64,000 bases of DNA from an uncultured Alphaproteobacteria bacterium (GCA_963817815.1 CAWFPY010000009.1:172045-236044); one strand, 5' to 3'; shown: positions 1 through 10,104, counted from the first letter of the stretch. Program-made: numbers and translations. The notes: a model not told the origin generated them from the letters alone.

Positions 1-1317
1 GAGCTGGTTGTCCCGGAGGGGCTCAAGGTCGCGCGGCTGGTCGTTATTGGGGTTGGCAAGGCCGGCGAGCTGAAGGCGAAGGATATCCTCAGGCTTGGCG
101 GTCTCGCGATGGGCAAGCTGCCGACCGCCGCGAGCGATGCGACGATCTTTGCCGAATTGCCGGGCGGCGCCATGAAATCCGATCAGGTCGCGGATCTAGC
201 GCAAGGCGTGCGCCTTCGCGCTTATTCATTCGACCGTTACAAGACCAAGCGCAAGGACGAAGAGAAGCCGCCGGCGACGCGTAGCGTCAGTATCGCGACT
301 GGCGACATTGCGGCCGCGCGCAAGGCCTACGATCCCCGAGCCGCGATCTCGGACGGGGTCTTACTGGCGCGCGATCTGGTCAATGAGCCCGCCAATGTTC
401 TCTACCCCGAGGAATTCGCGCGCCGCGCAAGCACGCTCAAGAAGCTCCGCGTTTCGGTCGAGGTGCTCGACATCAAGGCCATGAAAAAGCTCGGCATGAA
501 CGCGCTGCTCGGCGTCGGCCAAGGCTCGGCGCGCGACAGCCGCGTCGTGGTGATGCGTTGGAACGGCGGCAAGGCAGGCGATGCGCCGGTTGCGTTCATC
601 GGCAAAGGCGTGTGCTTTGACACCGGAGGCATTTCGATCAAGCCGGCTGCCGGGATGGAGGACATGAAGGGCGACATGGCCGGGGCCGCCTGCGTCGTCG
701 GATTGATGCATGCGCTTGCCGCGCGCAAGGCAAGGGTGAACGCCGTCGGCGTCATCGGGGTGGTCGAGAATATGCCGGACGGCAATGCGCAGCGTCCCGG
801 CGACATCGTCAAATCGATGTCGGGCCAAACGATCGAAATCATCAATACCGACGCCGAGGGTCGGCTCGTGCTGGCGGACGTCATCTGGTACACGGCGCAG
901 CGTTTCAAGCCGAAATTCATGGTGGATTTGGCGACGCTAACCGGGGCCATCATCGTTGCGCTCGGTCAGGAATACGCCGGGATGTTCTGCAACAACGATC
1001 AGCTTGCCGAACGTTTGACCAAGGCAGGCGCCGAGACCGGCGAGTTGGTCTGGCGCATGCCACTCGCGCCGGAATACGACAAGATGATCGACTCCAAATT
1101 CGCGGACATGAAAAATACCGGCGGCAGCCGCTGGGGTGGTGCGATCACTGCGGCGCAATTCATCAAGCGGTTCGTGGACGACAAGACGCCCTGGGCGCAT
1201 CTCGATATTGCCGGTACCGGTTTTGACTCGCGTCAGACCGATATCAACAGAAGTTGGGGCTCGGGCTGGGGCGTTCGTTTGCTCGACCGGTTGGTGGCGG
1301 ATCACTACGAGAAGTAG
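1..1317 (+). CDS. pepA: Leucyl aminopeptidase (M17 family), 5' end outside window
   Basis: Frame 1 is open from base 1 ([24 protein letters not shown] precedes the first Met at 109). Catalytic-domain motifs [15 protein letters not shown] and [12 protein letters not shown] are present. Stop at 1315-1317. Confidence 0.9.
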   Translation, partial: ELVVPEGLKVARLVVIGVGKAGELKAKDILRLGGLAMGKLPTAASDATIFAELPGGAMKSDQVADLAQGVRLRAYSFDRYKTKRKDEEKPPATRSVSIATGDIAAARKAYDPRAAISDGVLLARDLVNEPANVLYPEEFARRASTLKKLRVSVEVLDIKAMKKLGMNALLGVGQGSARDSRVVVMRWNGGKAGDAPVAFIGKGVCFDTGGISIKPAAGMEDMKGDMAGAACVVGLMHALAARKARVNAVGVIGVVENMPDGNAQRPGDIVKSMSGQTIEIINTDAEGRLVLADVIWYTAQRFKPKFMVDLATLTGAIIVALGQEYAGMFCNNDQLAERLTKAGAETGELVWRMPLAPEYDKMIDSKFADMKNTGGSRWGGAITAAQFIKRFVDDKTPWAHLDIAGTGFDSRQTDINRSWGSGWGVRLLDRLVADHYEK

Positions 1318-1345
1318 ACGCCGACTTGGTGGCAGGGGCTCGCAC

Positions 1346-1798
1346 ATGACCGAGGTTCTTTTCTATCATCTGCAAAGACAGAAACTCGAAAACGTGCTGC
1401 CCGCATTGCTCGAGAAATCGCTCGAGCGTGGCTGGAAAGTCGCCGTGCAAGGTTCGTCCGAGGAACGCATCGATGCACTCGATGCGCATTTGTGGACCTA
1501 CCGCGATGACGGGTTCTTGCCGCACGGCACCTGGCGCGAGCCGGAGGCTGCGCAACAGCCAGTGCTGCTGATACTCAGCGACAGCAATCCCAATGCCGCG
1601 ACCGTTCGTTTTCTGATCGATGGAGCGCCAATGCCGCCCGATCCGCAAAGCTATCAGCGTATCGTCCTGCTGTTCGACGGAGAGGACGAGATGGCGGTGG
1701 CGGCCGCCCGCGAGCATTGGTCGGCGGTCAAGGAAAAGGGACTCGACGCGACATATTGGCAGACCGATGAGCAGGGGCGCTGGGCGAAGAAAGCGTGA
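1346..1798 (+). CDS. holC: DNA polymerase III chi subunit
   Basis: ATG at 1346 inside ORF 1136-1798. MTEVLFYHLQRQKLENVLPALLEKSLERGWKVAVQGSSEERIDALDAHLWTYRDDGFLPHG is a typical HolC N-terminus. pepA-holC adjacency is the usual synteny. Confidence 0.85.
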   Translation: MTEVLFYHLQRQKLENVLPALLEKSLERGWKVAVQGSSEERIDALDAHLWTYRDDGFLPHGTWREPEAAQQPVLLILSDSNPNAATVRFLIDGAPMPPDPQSYQRIVLLFDGEDEMAVAAAREHWSAVKEKGLDATYWQTDEQGRWAKKA

Positions 1799-1956
1799 TG
1801 GGGGGCTGGCTGGGGATCGACTAGGCCAATGGATGACCAGCCAATGGCCGATATGGCTGGTAACCCTTTGGGCGAGCAAGACTTGCCGCCTGCCATGGTG
1901 ATGACGCAAAATACGGTTTAAGGGACAAACAGATAAACCGGTCGGGGACAGCCATT

Positions 1957-2658
1957 TTGCCGCGCCATCGCGCCATCGTCGGTATTGCGATTGCCTGTGT
2001 CACCGCGCTCGCGGCGGCCGGCTGCAAGAATTCGGCGCAGGTGTTTGAGGACCAGAACGAGGGCGGCTGGTTTGCCAAGCCGGTCAATATGCTCGCCAAG
2101 CCCGATTGGGCGAGGCCGACGACCAACGCTGTCAACCTTGGCCCACAAGGCCCGGTCGCGCCCGAAGACATGGTGAGCGCCGACGGGCGTTGCGCAACGC
2201 CGACGGCGGCCCTCGCGCAAGCGGCCGAACCGGCTCCTGCCCAGCCGCCAGCGCCTGCCGATCGCCCAGTCGGCTCGGTCGCGGGCGATCTCGCCGGCGC
2301 ACCGATGCCGGCAGCTACGAAAGCGTCTGCCGATCCCGGGTTACAGCGACTGGAGCCGGCCACGTCTGGACCAGTGGTGTCTGGCGGCATCGCCCTTGGC
2401 ATGACCGAATGCCAGGCCGTTCAGCGTGCAGGCTCTCCCGGCAATGTGGCGATCGCAGCCGGCGAAAAAGGCGAGCGCAAGGTGGTACTGACTTATCTGA
2501 GCGGGCCCTGGCCCGGCATTTACACCTTCAACGATGGGCGTCTCAAAGTCATTGAGCGCGCACCTGAGCAGCCGAAGCCGGCGAAAGCGGCGCCAAAGAA
2601 GAAACCCGCGAAACCGAAGACCGCCAGCCACGAAATCGAACGCGCGGTGGTGCGCTAG
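1957..2658 (+). CDS. Hypothetical lipoprotein (Ala/Pro-rich, Lys-rich tail)
   Basis: TTG start. Signal peptide with lipobox-like LAAAGC (MPRHRAIVGIAIACVTALAAAGCKNS). No recognisable catalytic domain. Confidence 0.55.
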   Translation: MPRHRAIVGIAIACVTALAAAGCKNSAQVFEDQNEGGWFAKPVNMLAKPDWARPTTNAVNLGPQGPVAPEDMVSADGRCATPTAALAQAAEPAPAQPPAPADRPVGSVAGDLAGAPMPAATKASADPGLQRLEPATSGPVVSGGIALGMTECQAVQRAGSPGNVAIAAGEKGERKVVLTYLSGPWPGIYTFNDGRLKVIERAPEQPKPAKAAPKKKPAKPKTASHEIERAVVR

Positions 2659-2662
2659 CCGG

Positions 2663-4534
2663 TCACGCCGTTTCCAGCGCCGCGCTGGCGGCGAGCCATT
2701 CTTCTTCCGCCTTGGCCAGTGCAGCAACGACATTGGCGCGCGTCTTCGAAAGCTCAGCTGCCCGTGCCGGCTCGCGTGCAAACAGATCGCCGTCGGCAAG
2801 TGTCGTATCAAGTTTCTGAAGCTGGCGGGTGAGTTGCACGATCGCAACCTCGGCCTGCGAAATACGCTTGCGCAGCGGCGCCGTCTCCGCCCGCTTTTCG
2901 GCCGCGGCACGGCGGGCCTGTACCGGATCCCGTGCCGGTGATTTTGCGCCGACCGTAATTCCCTGGCTCTCGCCGGACAGCACCTGGCGCCGGTAGTCGT
3001 CGAGATCGCCGTCGTACGGCTTCACCTTGCCGCCCTGGACCAGCCACAGCCGGTCGGCGCAGGCTTCCAGCAGATAGCGGTCATGCGAGACGACGATCAC
3101 CGCACCAGGATAATCGTTGATCGCCTCAATCAGCGCGGCGCGGCTGTCGATGTCGAGGTGGTTGGTCGGCTCGTCGAGGATGACAAGGTGCGGCGCGTTG
3201 AATGTTGCAAGTCCAAGCAGCAGCCGGGCCTTTTCGCCACCGGATAACGTCTTGACGGCGTTGTTGGCAGCGGGTCCGGAAAATCCGATCGCGCCGGCCT
3301 TGCCGCGCACTTTCGCTTCCGGCTGATCCGGCATCAGATCGCGGACATGGTCGTAGGGACTTCGATCCTCGTCGAGCTCATCGAGCTGATGCTGGGCGAA
3401 ATAACCGACCTTGAGCGTCGCTGCGCGTGTCACCGTGCCGTGTTCGGGCGCGAGCCGGCCGGCGAGCAGCTTGACCAGCGTGGATTTGCCATTGCCGTTG
3501 GACCCGAGCAGCGCGATACGGTCATCGTTGTCGATGCGCAGTGACAGTCCTGACAGCACGGGGTGGCCGGGGTCGTATCCGATATCCACGTCGTCGGTGG
3601 CGATGATTGGCGGCGACAACAGCTTGTCCGGCGCCGGAAAGTGGATCGGGCGAACCTCGTCCAATACCAGCGCATTGATCGGCTGCATTTTGGCCAGCAT
3701 CTTGATGCGCGATTGCGCCTGTCGCGCCTTGCTGGCCTTGGCGCGGAAGCGGTCGACAAAAGCCTGTAAGTGCTTGCGCTGCGCGTCTTGTTTCTTGATC
3801 ATCTTCTGATCGAGCACCATGCGCTCGCTGCGCAGGCGTTCGAAGTCGGTGTAGCCGCCGCGATAGAGCGTGAGCTTTCGATTTTCCAGCGACAATATCT
3901 GGTCGACCGCGTTGTCGAGCAGATCACGGTCGTGGCTAATGACGATCATCGTCGCCGGATAACGCGCCAGATGGTCTTGCAGCCAGAGTGTGCCCTCGAG
4001 ATCGAGATAGTTGGTTGGCTCGTCGAGCAGCAGCAGATCCGGTTCCGCAAACAATGTGGCAGCAAGTGCCACGCGCATCCGCCAGCCGCCGGAAAATTCC
4101 GAGCAAGGTCGCTGCTGATCGGCGGTGGAAAAACCGAGGCCGGCGAGGATCGACGCTGCGCGGGCAGGGGCGGCATGCGCGCCGATATCGATGAGTCGGG
4201 TCTGGATTTCGGCAATGCGGTGCGGGTCCTGTGCGGTCTCGGCTTCCGCCAGCAACGCATCGCGCTCGCGATGAGCCCTTAGCACGACATCGAGCAGGCT
4301 TTCGGGCCCGTTCGGTGCTTCCTGCGCCAGCCGTCCGATACGCCAGCGCGACGGAAACTCGACATTGCCTTGCTCGGCCGAGATATCGCCGACGATCACG
4401 TTGAACAGCGTGGACTTGCCGGTCCCGTTACGTCCGACTAGGCCAACTCGGGCACCGGGCGTAATGCGGGCCGAGGCATTTTCCAGCAGTGCGCGGCCGG
4501 CAATGCGGACAGTGAGATCGTCGATGATGAGCAT
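2663..4534 (-). CDS. ABC-F family ATPase (two ABC cassettes, no TM domain, coiled-coil C-terminus)
   Basis: 623 aa. Two Walker A motifs (GRNGTGKST, GSNGNGKST) and two LSGG signatures (FSGGWRMR, LSGGEKAR). Confidence 0.9.
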   Translation of the reverse strand: MLIIDDLTVRIAGRALLENASARITPGARVGLVGRNGTGKSTLFNVIVGDISAEQGNVEFPSRWRIGRLAQEAPNGPESLLDVVLRAHRERDALLAEAETAQDPHRIAEIQTRLIDIGAHAAPARAASILAGLGFSTADQQRPCSEFSGGWRMRVALAATLFAEPDLLLLDEPTNYLDLEGTLWLQDHLARYPATMIVISHDRDLLDNAVDQILSLENRKLTLYRGGYTDFERLRSERMVLDQKMIKKQDAQRKHLQAFVDRFRAKASKARQAQSRIKMLAKMQPINALVLDEVRPIHFPAPDKLLSPPIIATDDVDIGYDPGHPVLSGLSLRIDNDDRIALLGSNGNGKSTLVKLLAGRLAPEHGTVTRAATLKVGYFAQHQLDELDEDRSPYDHVRDLMPDQPEAKVRGKAGAIGFSGPAANNAVKTLSGGEKARLLLGLATFNAPHLVILDEPTNHLDIDSRAALIEAINDYPGAVIVVSHDRYLLEACADRLWLVQGGKVKPYDGDLDDYRRQVLSGESQGITVGAKSPARDPVQARRAAAEKRAETAPLRKRISQAEVAIVQLTRQLQKLDTTLADGDLFAREPARAAELSKTRANVVAALAKAEEEWLAASAALETA

Positions 4535-4590
4535 GGCCCGCGCCTTTTGGCCGACCGCGCGGTGCGACGCAACCCCTTCGATACCCGGCC

Positions 4591-5118
4591 TTAGCCGATC
4601 GTGCGCAGGCCGCCTTGCCCGGTCTCGCGCTGGTAGATGATCAGATCGAAACTTGGCGTCCGGTCGTTGCCGATTGCGGCCGAGAGCAGTGCATGTGCCT
4701 GGCCCCGGTGATGCGTCTGGTGATTGAAGAAATGGTCGAGAGCCGGGGAGAGTATCTGCTCGATGTCTTGCGGATTGACCACTGTCCGGTAGCGGATTGC
4801 TTTGATGAGATCGTCTTCCCGCAAGTTCTGGATGTAGTTGCTGATGAGTTTATCTTCGGTGTGCCGTGCTGCGCGTAGCTGCACGAAATCGTCGTAGAGG
4901 ATTGCGTCGAGGTTCGGCGGGACGTCACCTTGGCCGGTGAAACGGCGCATCCAGATGCGGTCGCCGACCAACAGATGATTGAGGGTACCGTGCAGCGACT
5001 TGAAGAAGGCGCCGCGGTTGGCGCGATAATCGGCATCCGGGATCTGAGCGGCCGCATCGTAGAGGCGCTCATTGCACCAGGTATTGTAGCCGGCAAACAT
5101 CTGATAGCGGGCCAACAT
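4591..5118 (-). CDS. DinB-family (damage-inducible, metal-dependent four-helix bundle) protein
   Basis: MLARYQMFAGYNTWCNERLYDAA...LHGTLNHLLVGDRIW...FFNHQTHHRGQAHALL. ATG at 5118 is preceded by AGGAG. The track ORF starts at an upstream TTG (5133). Confidence 0.8.
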   Translation of the reverse strand: MLARYQMFAGYNTWCNERLYDAAAQIPDADYRANRGAFFKSLHGTLNHLLVGDRIWMRRFTGQGDVPPNLDAILYDDFVQLRAARHTEDKLISNYIQNLREDDLIKAIRYRTVVNPQDIEQILSPALDHFFNHQTHHRGQAHALLSAAIGNDRTPSFDLIIYQRETGQGGLRTIG

Positions 5119-5258
5119 GTTGCGCTCCTGCAAGCAGTTTCGGGCTTTCAGGCCGGTGACCTTGCCGCCCGAAAAGCACCCCGGTATAAGCCGCGCGGCC
5201 CCGCTTCTCCAATGAAACTGCGTAAACTCTCCGATCAGTTCTAGTGAAGGAAAATCCG

Positions 5259-5682
5259 ATGGCGCTCGAGCGTACCTTTTCGATCCTCAAACCAGACGCG
5301 ACCGAGCGAAATATCACCGGCGCGATCAACGCGATCATTGAGAAGGCGGGACTGCGGATTGTCGCGCAGAAACGCGTTCGCATTTCCCGCGAGCAGGCGG
5401 AAAAGTTCTACGCAGTGCATCGCGAGCGGCCGTTCTTTCGGCGAGTTGGTCGATTTCATGATTTCCGGCCCAGTCGTGGTGCAGGTGCTCGAAGGGGACA
5501 ATGCGATCGCTAAATATCGGGAAGTGATGGGTGCAACCGACCCGGCCAAGGCCGCCGTCGGCACGATTCGGAAGACCCACGCCAAGTCGATTGGCGAAAA
5601 CTCGGTCCATGGTTCGGATGCGCCAGAGACCGCGGTGCGGGAAATCGCCCAATTTTTCTCCGAAAACGAGCTCGTCGGTTAG
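5259..5682 (+). pseudogene. ndk: Nucleoside diphosphate kinase interrupted by a +1 nt frameshift near 5439 (or sequencing error)
   Basis: One frame gives [60 protein letters not shown]. The +1 frame (ORF 5338-5682) continues [73 protein letters not shown]. The junction ttctttcggcgag (5433-5445) has one extra base. 424-1 nt = 141 codons. Confidence 0.9.
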
Positions 5683-5835
5683 GGTATCCGGCGGCATTGC
5701 GCCGCACTTTCGCTATTGGGACCTCCCTTTTGGCTTTATAGGCTGATAACAAACCGATAAAACACATCATCGCCGCCGCCGATGGGCGGAGATGATCGAT
5801 GGTGGAACCAGGGGGATGGAACTGTGGATGCTTTG

Positions 5836-6534
5836 ATGTCCGAAGTGATGCGCCCGGCATTCTGGCTGGCCGCGGTGCAGATCATGGGAATCAATATTCT
5901 CCTGTCCGGCGACAATGCGGTCGTGATTGCGCTCGCAGTCCGCGCGCTTCCGCCGAAGGAACGCTTCTGGGGTATGGTTCTCGGCGCCGGCGCGGCCGCT
6001 GTCCTGCTCATTCTGTTTACCGGCATCGTCGCGACTCTCATGCAATTGCCCTACCTCAAGCTCGCGGGAGGGCTTGCGCTGTTCTGGGTTGCCGTCAAAC
6101 TCGTGACGCCGCAGGCGCACGATGCTGAAGATACGCCGGAAGCGGTCGAGGATTTGTGGCGCGCGGTTCGCGTGGTCGTCGTCGCCAACATCGTAATGAG
6201 CCTCGACAACGTGATTGCCGTCGCGGCAGCTGCCAAAGGCAATTATTTTCTGCTTGGGCTTGGGCTTGCGGTCAGCATTCCTGTTGTCATTGCTGGCAGC
6301 GCCTTGTTCCTCGCAATTATCGAACGCTTCCCGATCGTCGTGTGGGGTGGTGGCGCATTGCTCGGCTGGATTGCCGGTGGATTGTTGCCCGAGGATCCGG
6401 TTGTTGCGCAATACTTTTCAGAGGCGACGGCAGAAATGCTGGACATTGTGTGCGGAATTGCCGGCGCCATTTTCGTCGTGCTGATGGGTCTGTACCTGGT
6501 CAAATCACGGCGCCTGCGGGAAGAGCCGGTATAG
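5836..6534 (+). CDS. TerC/YjbE-family integral membrane protein
   Basis: INILLSGDNAVVIALAVRALPPKER and a second repeat IVMSLDNVIAVAAAAKG are typical TerC-family repeats. Multi-TM. Start is uncertain (ATG at 5782, 5836 or 5848). Confidence 0.8.
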   Translation: MSEVMRPAFWLAAVQIMGINILLSGDNAVVIALAVRALPPKERFWGMVLGAGAAAVLLILFTGIVATLMQLPYLKLAGGLALFWVAVKLVTPQAHDAEDTPEAVEDLWRAVRVVVVANIVMSLDNVIAVAAAAKGNYFLLGLGLAVSIPVVIAGSALFLAIIERFPIVVWGGGALLGWIAGGLLPEDPVVAQYFSEATAEMLDIVCGIAGAIFVVLMGLYLVKSRRLREEPV

Positions 6535-6567
6535 GCGGCACCTCAAAGCCGAAAAGGCGATTACGCG

Positions 6568-8691
6568 ATGAACAAAGCGGTGCGGGGCGTCGGTTCGGCG
6601 GTTCGCATCGGGGCAACCGCTTGCCCGCACGACTGCCCGTCGACCTGTGCGCTGGAAGTCGAGTTGCTCGACGAGCGGACGATCGGGCGTGTCCGCGGTT
6701 CGAAGGACAACGATTACACGGCGGGCGTGATATGCGCCAAGGTTGCCCGCTACGCCGAACGCGAACACCACGCCGACCGGCTGCTGCATCCATTGCGGCG
6801 CAAAGGCGACAAGGGCGCAAATCAGTTCGAGCGAATATCCTGGGATGACGCGCTCGATCTCGTCGCCGAGAAGTTCGTGCAAGCCGAGCAGCGCTCCGGC
6901 GCCGAGAGCGTCTGGCCCTATTACTATGCGGGCACCATGGGCCTTGTGATGCGCGACGGCATCCATCGCCTGCGGCATGTCAAAAAGTACTCGGGCTTCC
7001 ACTCAACGATTTGCGTCAATCCTGCCTATGCCGGTTATGCAGCCGGAGTAGGGCGCATCGCCGGCGTTGACCCGCGCGAAATGGCGAAATCCGATCTGGT
7101 GGTGATCTGGGGCACCAATGCGGTGAACACCCAGGTCAACGTGATGACGCACGCGGTGCGCGCGCGCAAAGAACGAGGCGCCAAAATCGCCGCGGTCGAC
7201 ATCTATATGAACGGCACCATGGAGCAGGCCGATCTGCCGGTGCTGGTGAAACCCGGCACTGACGGTGCATTGGCCTGCGCAGTTATGCATTGCCTGTTCC
7301 GCGACGGGAAAGCCGACTGGGATTATCTCAACAAATACACGGACGTGCCGCGCGAACTGGAAACGCATTTGCGCACGCGCGATCCGGTGTGGGCTTCGGC
7401 GATAACCGGCGCACCCGTCGAAACGATTGAGGCGTTTGCGCAGCTGATCGGCGAGCGCAAACGTGCCTTTTTCCGGCTGGGTTACGGGTTCTCGCGCTCG
7501 CGCAATGGCCCCGCCAATATGCATGCTGCGAGCTGCATTCCGGCGGTCACCGGTGCATGGCAATATGAAGGCGGCGGCGCGTTCCACATCAGCGCCGATA
7601 TTTTCAAACTCGACAAGACTTTAATTGAAGGCCTCGATGTTTGGGACCGGTCCGTGCGCATGCTCGATCAGTCGCGCATTGGCGCCATTCTGACCGGCGA
7701 AAGCGAGGCCCTGCACGGCGGGCCGCCGGTCAACGCGATGATCATCCAGAATACCAATCCGGTTTCGGTTTGCCCGGACCAGACGCAGGTGAAACGCGGG
7801 TTTGCCCGCGAAGACCTGTTCGTCTGCGTGCACGAGCAATTCATGACAGAGACCGCGCGCATGGCCGATGTCGTGCTTCCGGCGACGACGTTTCTTGAAC
7901 ACGACGATATCTATCGCGGCGGCGGGCACCAATATCTCATATTCGGTCCAAAGCTGGTCGAGCCGCCGGGGGAATGTCGCAACAACCATGAGGTAATTTG
8001 TGCACTTGCCGCGCGACTCGGCGCCGACCATCGCGGATTCACAATGAGTCCGCGCGAACTGATCGACCAGATGCTGCAGGTATCAAAACGCGGAACGCTT
8101 GCCGAGATCGAAGCCAATCGGTGGATTGATTGCCAGCCGCCGTTCCGGCAGTCGCATTATCTCGACGGCTTCCCGTGGCCGGACGGAAAATTCCGCTTCA
8201 AGGCAGATTGGCCCAATGTACCGTTCCGCAGCCCTTACAAGAGCGGGCCCGTGGATGCCATGCCGCCCTTGCCTGATCATTGGGTCTCGATCGAACAGGC
8301 GGATGAAGAGCATCCGTTCCGCCTTGCGACATCGCCGGCCCGCGGCTTCCTGAATTCGACATTCAATGAAACGCCGACCTCGCTGACCCAAGAGCGGAGG
8401 CCGACGGTGATGATTCATCCCGACGATGCGGCGGCCAATGGGGTCGGCGACGGCGATTATGTGGTCCTTGGAAACACGCGTGGCGAAGTACGCCTGCACG
8501 CGAAGGTATACGATGGCGTCAGGCGAGGTGTGCTGATCGCGGAATCGATCTGGCCGAATTCGGCTTACGCCGACGGGTGTGGCATCAACACACTCGTCGG
8601 CGCCGATTCAATTGCGCCCTATGGCGGGGCTGCCGTTCACGACAGCAAAGTGTGGGTCCGGCGGCTGGCCCCGCAAGGTGTTAGCAATTAG
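6568..8691 (+). CDS. Molybdopterin (bis-MGD) oxidoreductase family protein, cytoplasmic type
   Basis: 707 aa. N-terminal 4Fe-4S cysteine cluster CPHDCPSTC...C (ATACPHDCPSTCALEV...GVICAKV). Molybdopterin-binding and C-terminal beta-barrel regions recognisable. No Tat signal. Confidence 0.85.
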   Translation: MNKAVRGVGSAVRIGATACPHDCPSTCALEVELLDERTIGRVRGSKDNDYTAGVICAKVARYAEREHHADRLLHPLRRKGDKGANQFERISWDDALDLVAEKFVQAEQRSGAESVWPYYYAGTMGLVMRDGIHRLRHVKKYSGFHSTICVNPAYAGYAAGVGRIAGVDPREMAKSDLVVIWGTNAVNTQVNVMTHAVRARKERGAKIAAVDIYMNGTMEQADLPVLVKPGTDGALACAVMHCLFRDGKADWDYLNKYTDVPRELETHLRTRDPVWASAITGAPVETIEAFAQLIGERKRAFFRLGYGFSRSRNGPANMHAASCIPAVTGAWQYEGGGAFHISADIFKLDKTLIEGLDVWDRSVRMLDQSRIGAILTGESEALHGGPPVNAMIIQNTNPVSVCPDQTQVKRGFAREDLFVCVHEQFMTETARMADVVLPATTFLEHDDIYRGGGHQYLIFGPKLVEPPGECRNNHEVICALAARLGADHRGFTMSPRELIDQMLQVSKRGTLAEIEANRWIDCQPPFRQSHYLDGFPWPDGKFRFKADWPNVPFRSPYKSGPVDAMPPLPDHWVSIEQADEEHPFRLATSPARGFLNSTFNETPTSLTQERRPTVMIHPDDAAANGVGDGDYVVLGNTRGEVRLHAKVYDGVRRGVLIAESIWPNSAYADGCGINTLVGADSIAPYGGAAVHDSKVWVRRLAPQGVSN

Positions 8692-9131
8692 CCCTTTAGC
8701 TTTTCGTCGATGCTGAAGCGGCCGGCACCGGTCACGAACAGCACGACGAGTCCGCCAGCTGCGGCGAGATTCTTCACGCCGAAGGTGTACTGCATCAACT
8801 GGACCGCCTGCGGGTAACCCCAGTAGCGATGCGCCGTCACAGTCGCGATAACGACGAAGAGAAGCCCAAGCAATGCGCCGTACCGTGTGCCAAGACCGAG
8901 CACGAGCGAAATAACGATGACCCATTCGGCTGTGCGGGCCAGCAAGCTCATCATTTCCGGGTTCACGTAGTTGATGGATGTGAGATAGCCAACATTTGGT
9001 GACCCGAACCAGACCGTGAAGAAAAACATCGCCGCGATCAGGATGCGTCCGATCAACAGTAGACTGTCAGTCATGCCGGTCGCGATGCCGTCGGCATGAG
9101 ACAGCAGTGGATGTGATGATCCTTTAGCCAT
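8688..9131 (-). CDS. DoxX-family membrane protein (paralog 1 of 3 in tandem)
   Basis: 147 aa, 4 predicted TM. C-terminal GAGRFSIDEKL is the typical DoxX ending. Strong SD GGGGGGAGA before the ATG. Its stop overlaps the stop of the convergent 6568-8691 gene. Confidence 0.8.
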   Translation of the reverse strand: MAKGSSHPLLSHADGIATGMTDSLLLIGRILIAAMFFFTVWFGSPNVGYLTSINYVNPEMMSLLARTAEWVIVISLVLGLGTRYGALLGLLFVVIATVTAHRYWGYPQAVQLMQYTFGVKNLAAAGGLVVLFVTGAGRFSIDEKLKG

Positions 9132-9191
9132 GGTCTCCCCCCAGTTCAGTTTGTTTTAGTCGATAATTGTTGCTTGCCTTGCAACCGCCGG

Positions 9192-9614
9192 TCAACTCCT
9201 TGCGAGGCGATTGTCGAGCGAATATCGCCCCGGGCCGTGCACGTAGAGCAGGAGAAGACCCCCGATGATGGCCAGGTTCTTGTAGAAATTCACCTGGTTG
9301 CCCACTCGAGGCGCGCCTTCCATGACCCAGAAATTATGCGCGATGAACAGCGTCAGGATTACGAAAATAATCAATGCGATGGATGCGCAACGAGTTTTGA
9401 AGCCGACGAGGACACACAATCCACCGATCAGATCGATCGCAGCGACCAAATACGCAATCACCACAGGCGCCAGAATTCCGGCAGTCATGCCGGAGAATTT
9501 TACGATGTTCGGGTTGGCCGTGTAGCCGGCGATATTGGTGAATTGCTGAAAGCCAAAAACGATGAAGACCGTAGATATCAAAGCGCGCGCGAGAAGCTGA
9601 ATCGTATCGTTCAT
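9192..9614 (-). CDS. DoxX-family membrane protein (paralog 2)
   Basis: 140 aa. LLARALISTVFIVFGFQQF...FYKNLAIIGGLLLLYVHGPGRYSLDNRL. Confidence 0.8.
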   Translation of the reverse strand: MNDTIQLLARALISTVFIVFGFQQFTNIAGYTANPNIVKFSGMTAGILAPVVIAYLVAAIDLIGGLCVLVGFKTRCASIALIIFVILTLFIAHNFWVMEGAPRVGNQVNFYKNLAIIGGLLLLYVHGPGRYSLDNRLARS

Positions 9615-9657
9615 GACTGCCCCAAAAGTTGCGTTGAATAACTCGACGGTGAAACGG

Positions 9658-10104
9658 CTAGAGTTCTTTGCCGATCATGCGATCGAGCGAGTAGGGCCCA
9701 CCGCCACGCAGTGAGATGGCGAAAAAGATGACCCCAAAAAGGACGAAGAGCTCCATCTGCGCAAAGCCGAGTGATCCCTTCACCACGAAAGCGATGACCG
9801 CCATTTCGATCGCTATTGCCGCAGCGAAAAACCGGGTGGCCAAGCCGAGAATGATGCAAACGGCGCCAATCGTTTCGAGGATGACGACGATGTGTCCTAA
9901 CGGTTCGGCCGGGCCGATGCCGTATTTCACAAGCGATGGGGCGATCGTGAACTGTCCGGCCGCGAGTTTGCCCCAGCCGTGAAACAGGAGAGACCCGCCA
10001 GCGGCGATGCGGATCATCGGGTACCAGAGATCGGAAACGGCGCTGTAGAAGCCGGCTAGACCTGGGAAAATAAGTTTTGGTTCGCTGCTCGCCCGTCCAT
10101 TCAT
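9658..10104 (-). CDS. DoxX-family membrane protein (paralog 3)
   Basis: C-terminal 148 aa of the 400-aa track ORF 9658-10860, from ATG at 10104: MNGRASSEPKLIF...IRIAAGGSLLFHGWGKL...LRGGGPYSLDRMIGKEL. The upstream part of that ORF is out-of-frame read-through from purN. Confidence 0.75.
   Translation of the reverse strand: MNGRASSEPKLIFPGLAGFYSAVSDLWYPMIRIAAGGSLLFHGWGKLAAGQFTIAPSLVKYGIGPAEPLGHIVVILETIGAVCIILGLATRFFAAAIAIEMAVIAFVVKGSLGFAQMELFVLFGVIFFAISLRGGGPYSLDRMIGKEL

Noticed and set aside
5766-5796. 12-bp-stem hairpin (atcatcgccgcc / ggcggagatgat) upstream of the TerC-family gene, considered as a Mn (yybP-ykoY) riboswitch or ndk terminator.
   Set aside because: I could not recognise the conserved yybP-ykoY loops, and there is no T-run. 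It may simply mask the upstream ATG (5782). The evidence is not enough for a call.
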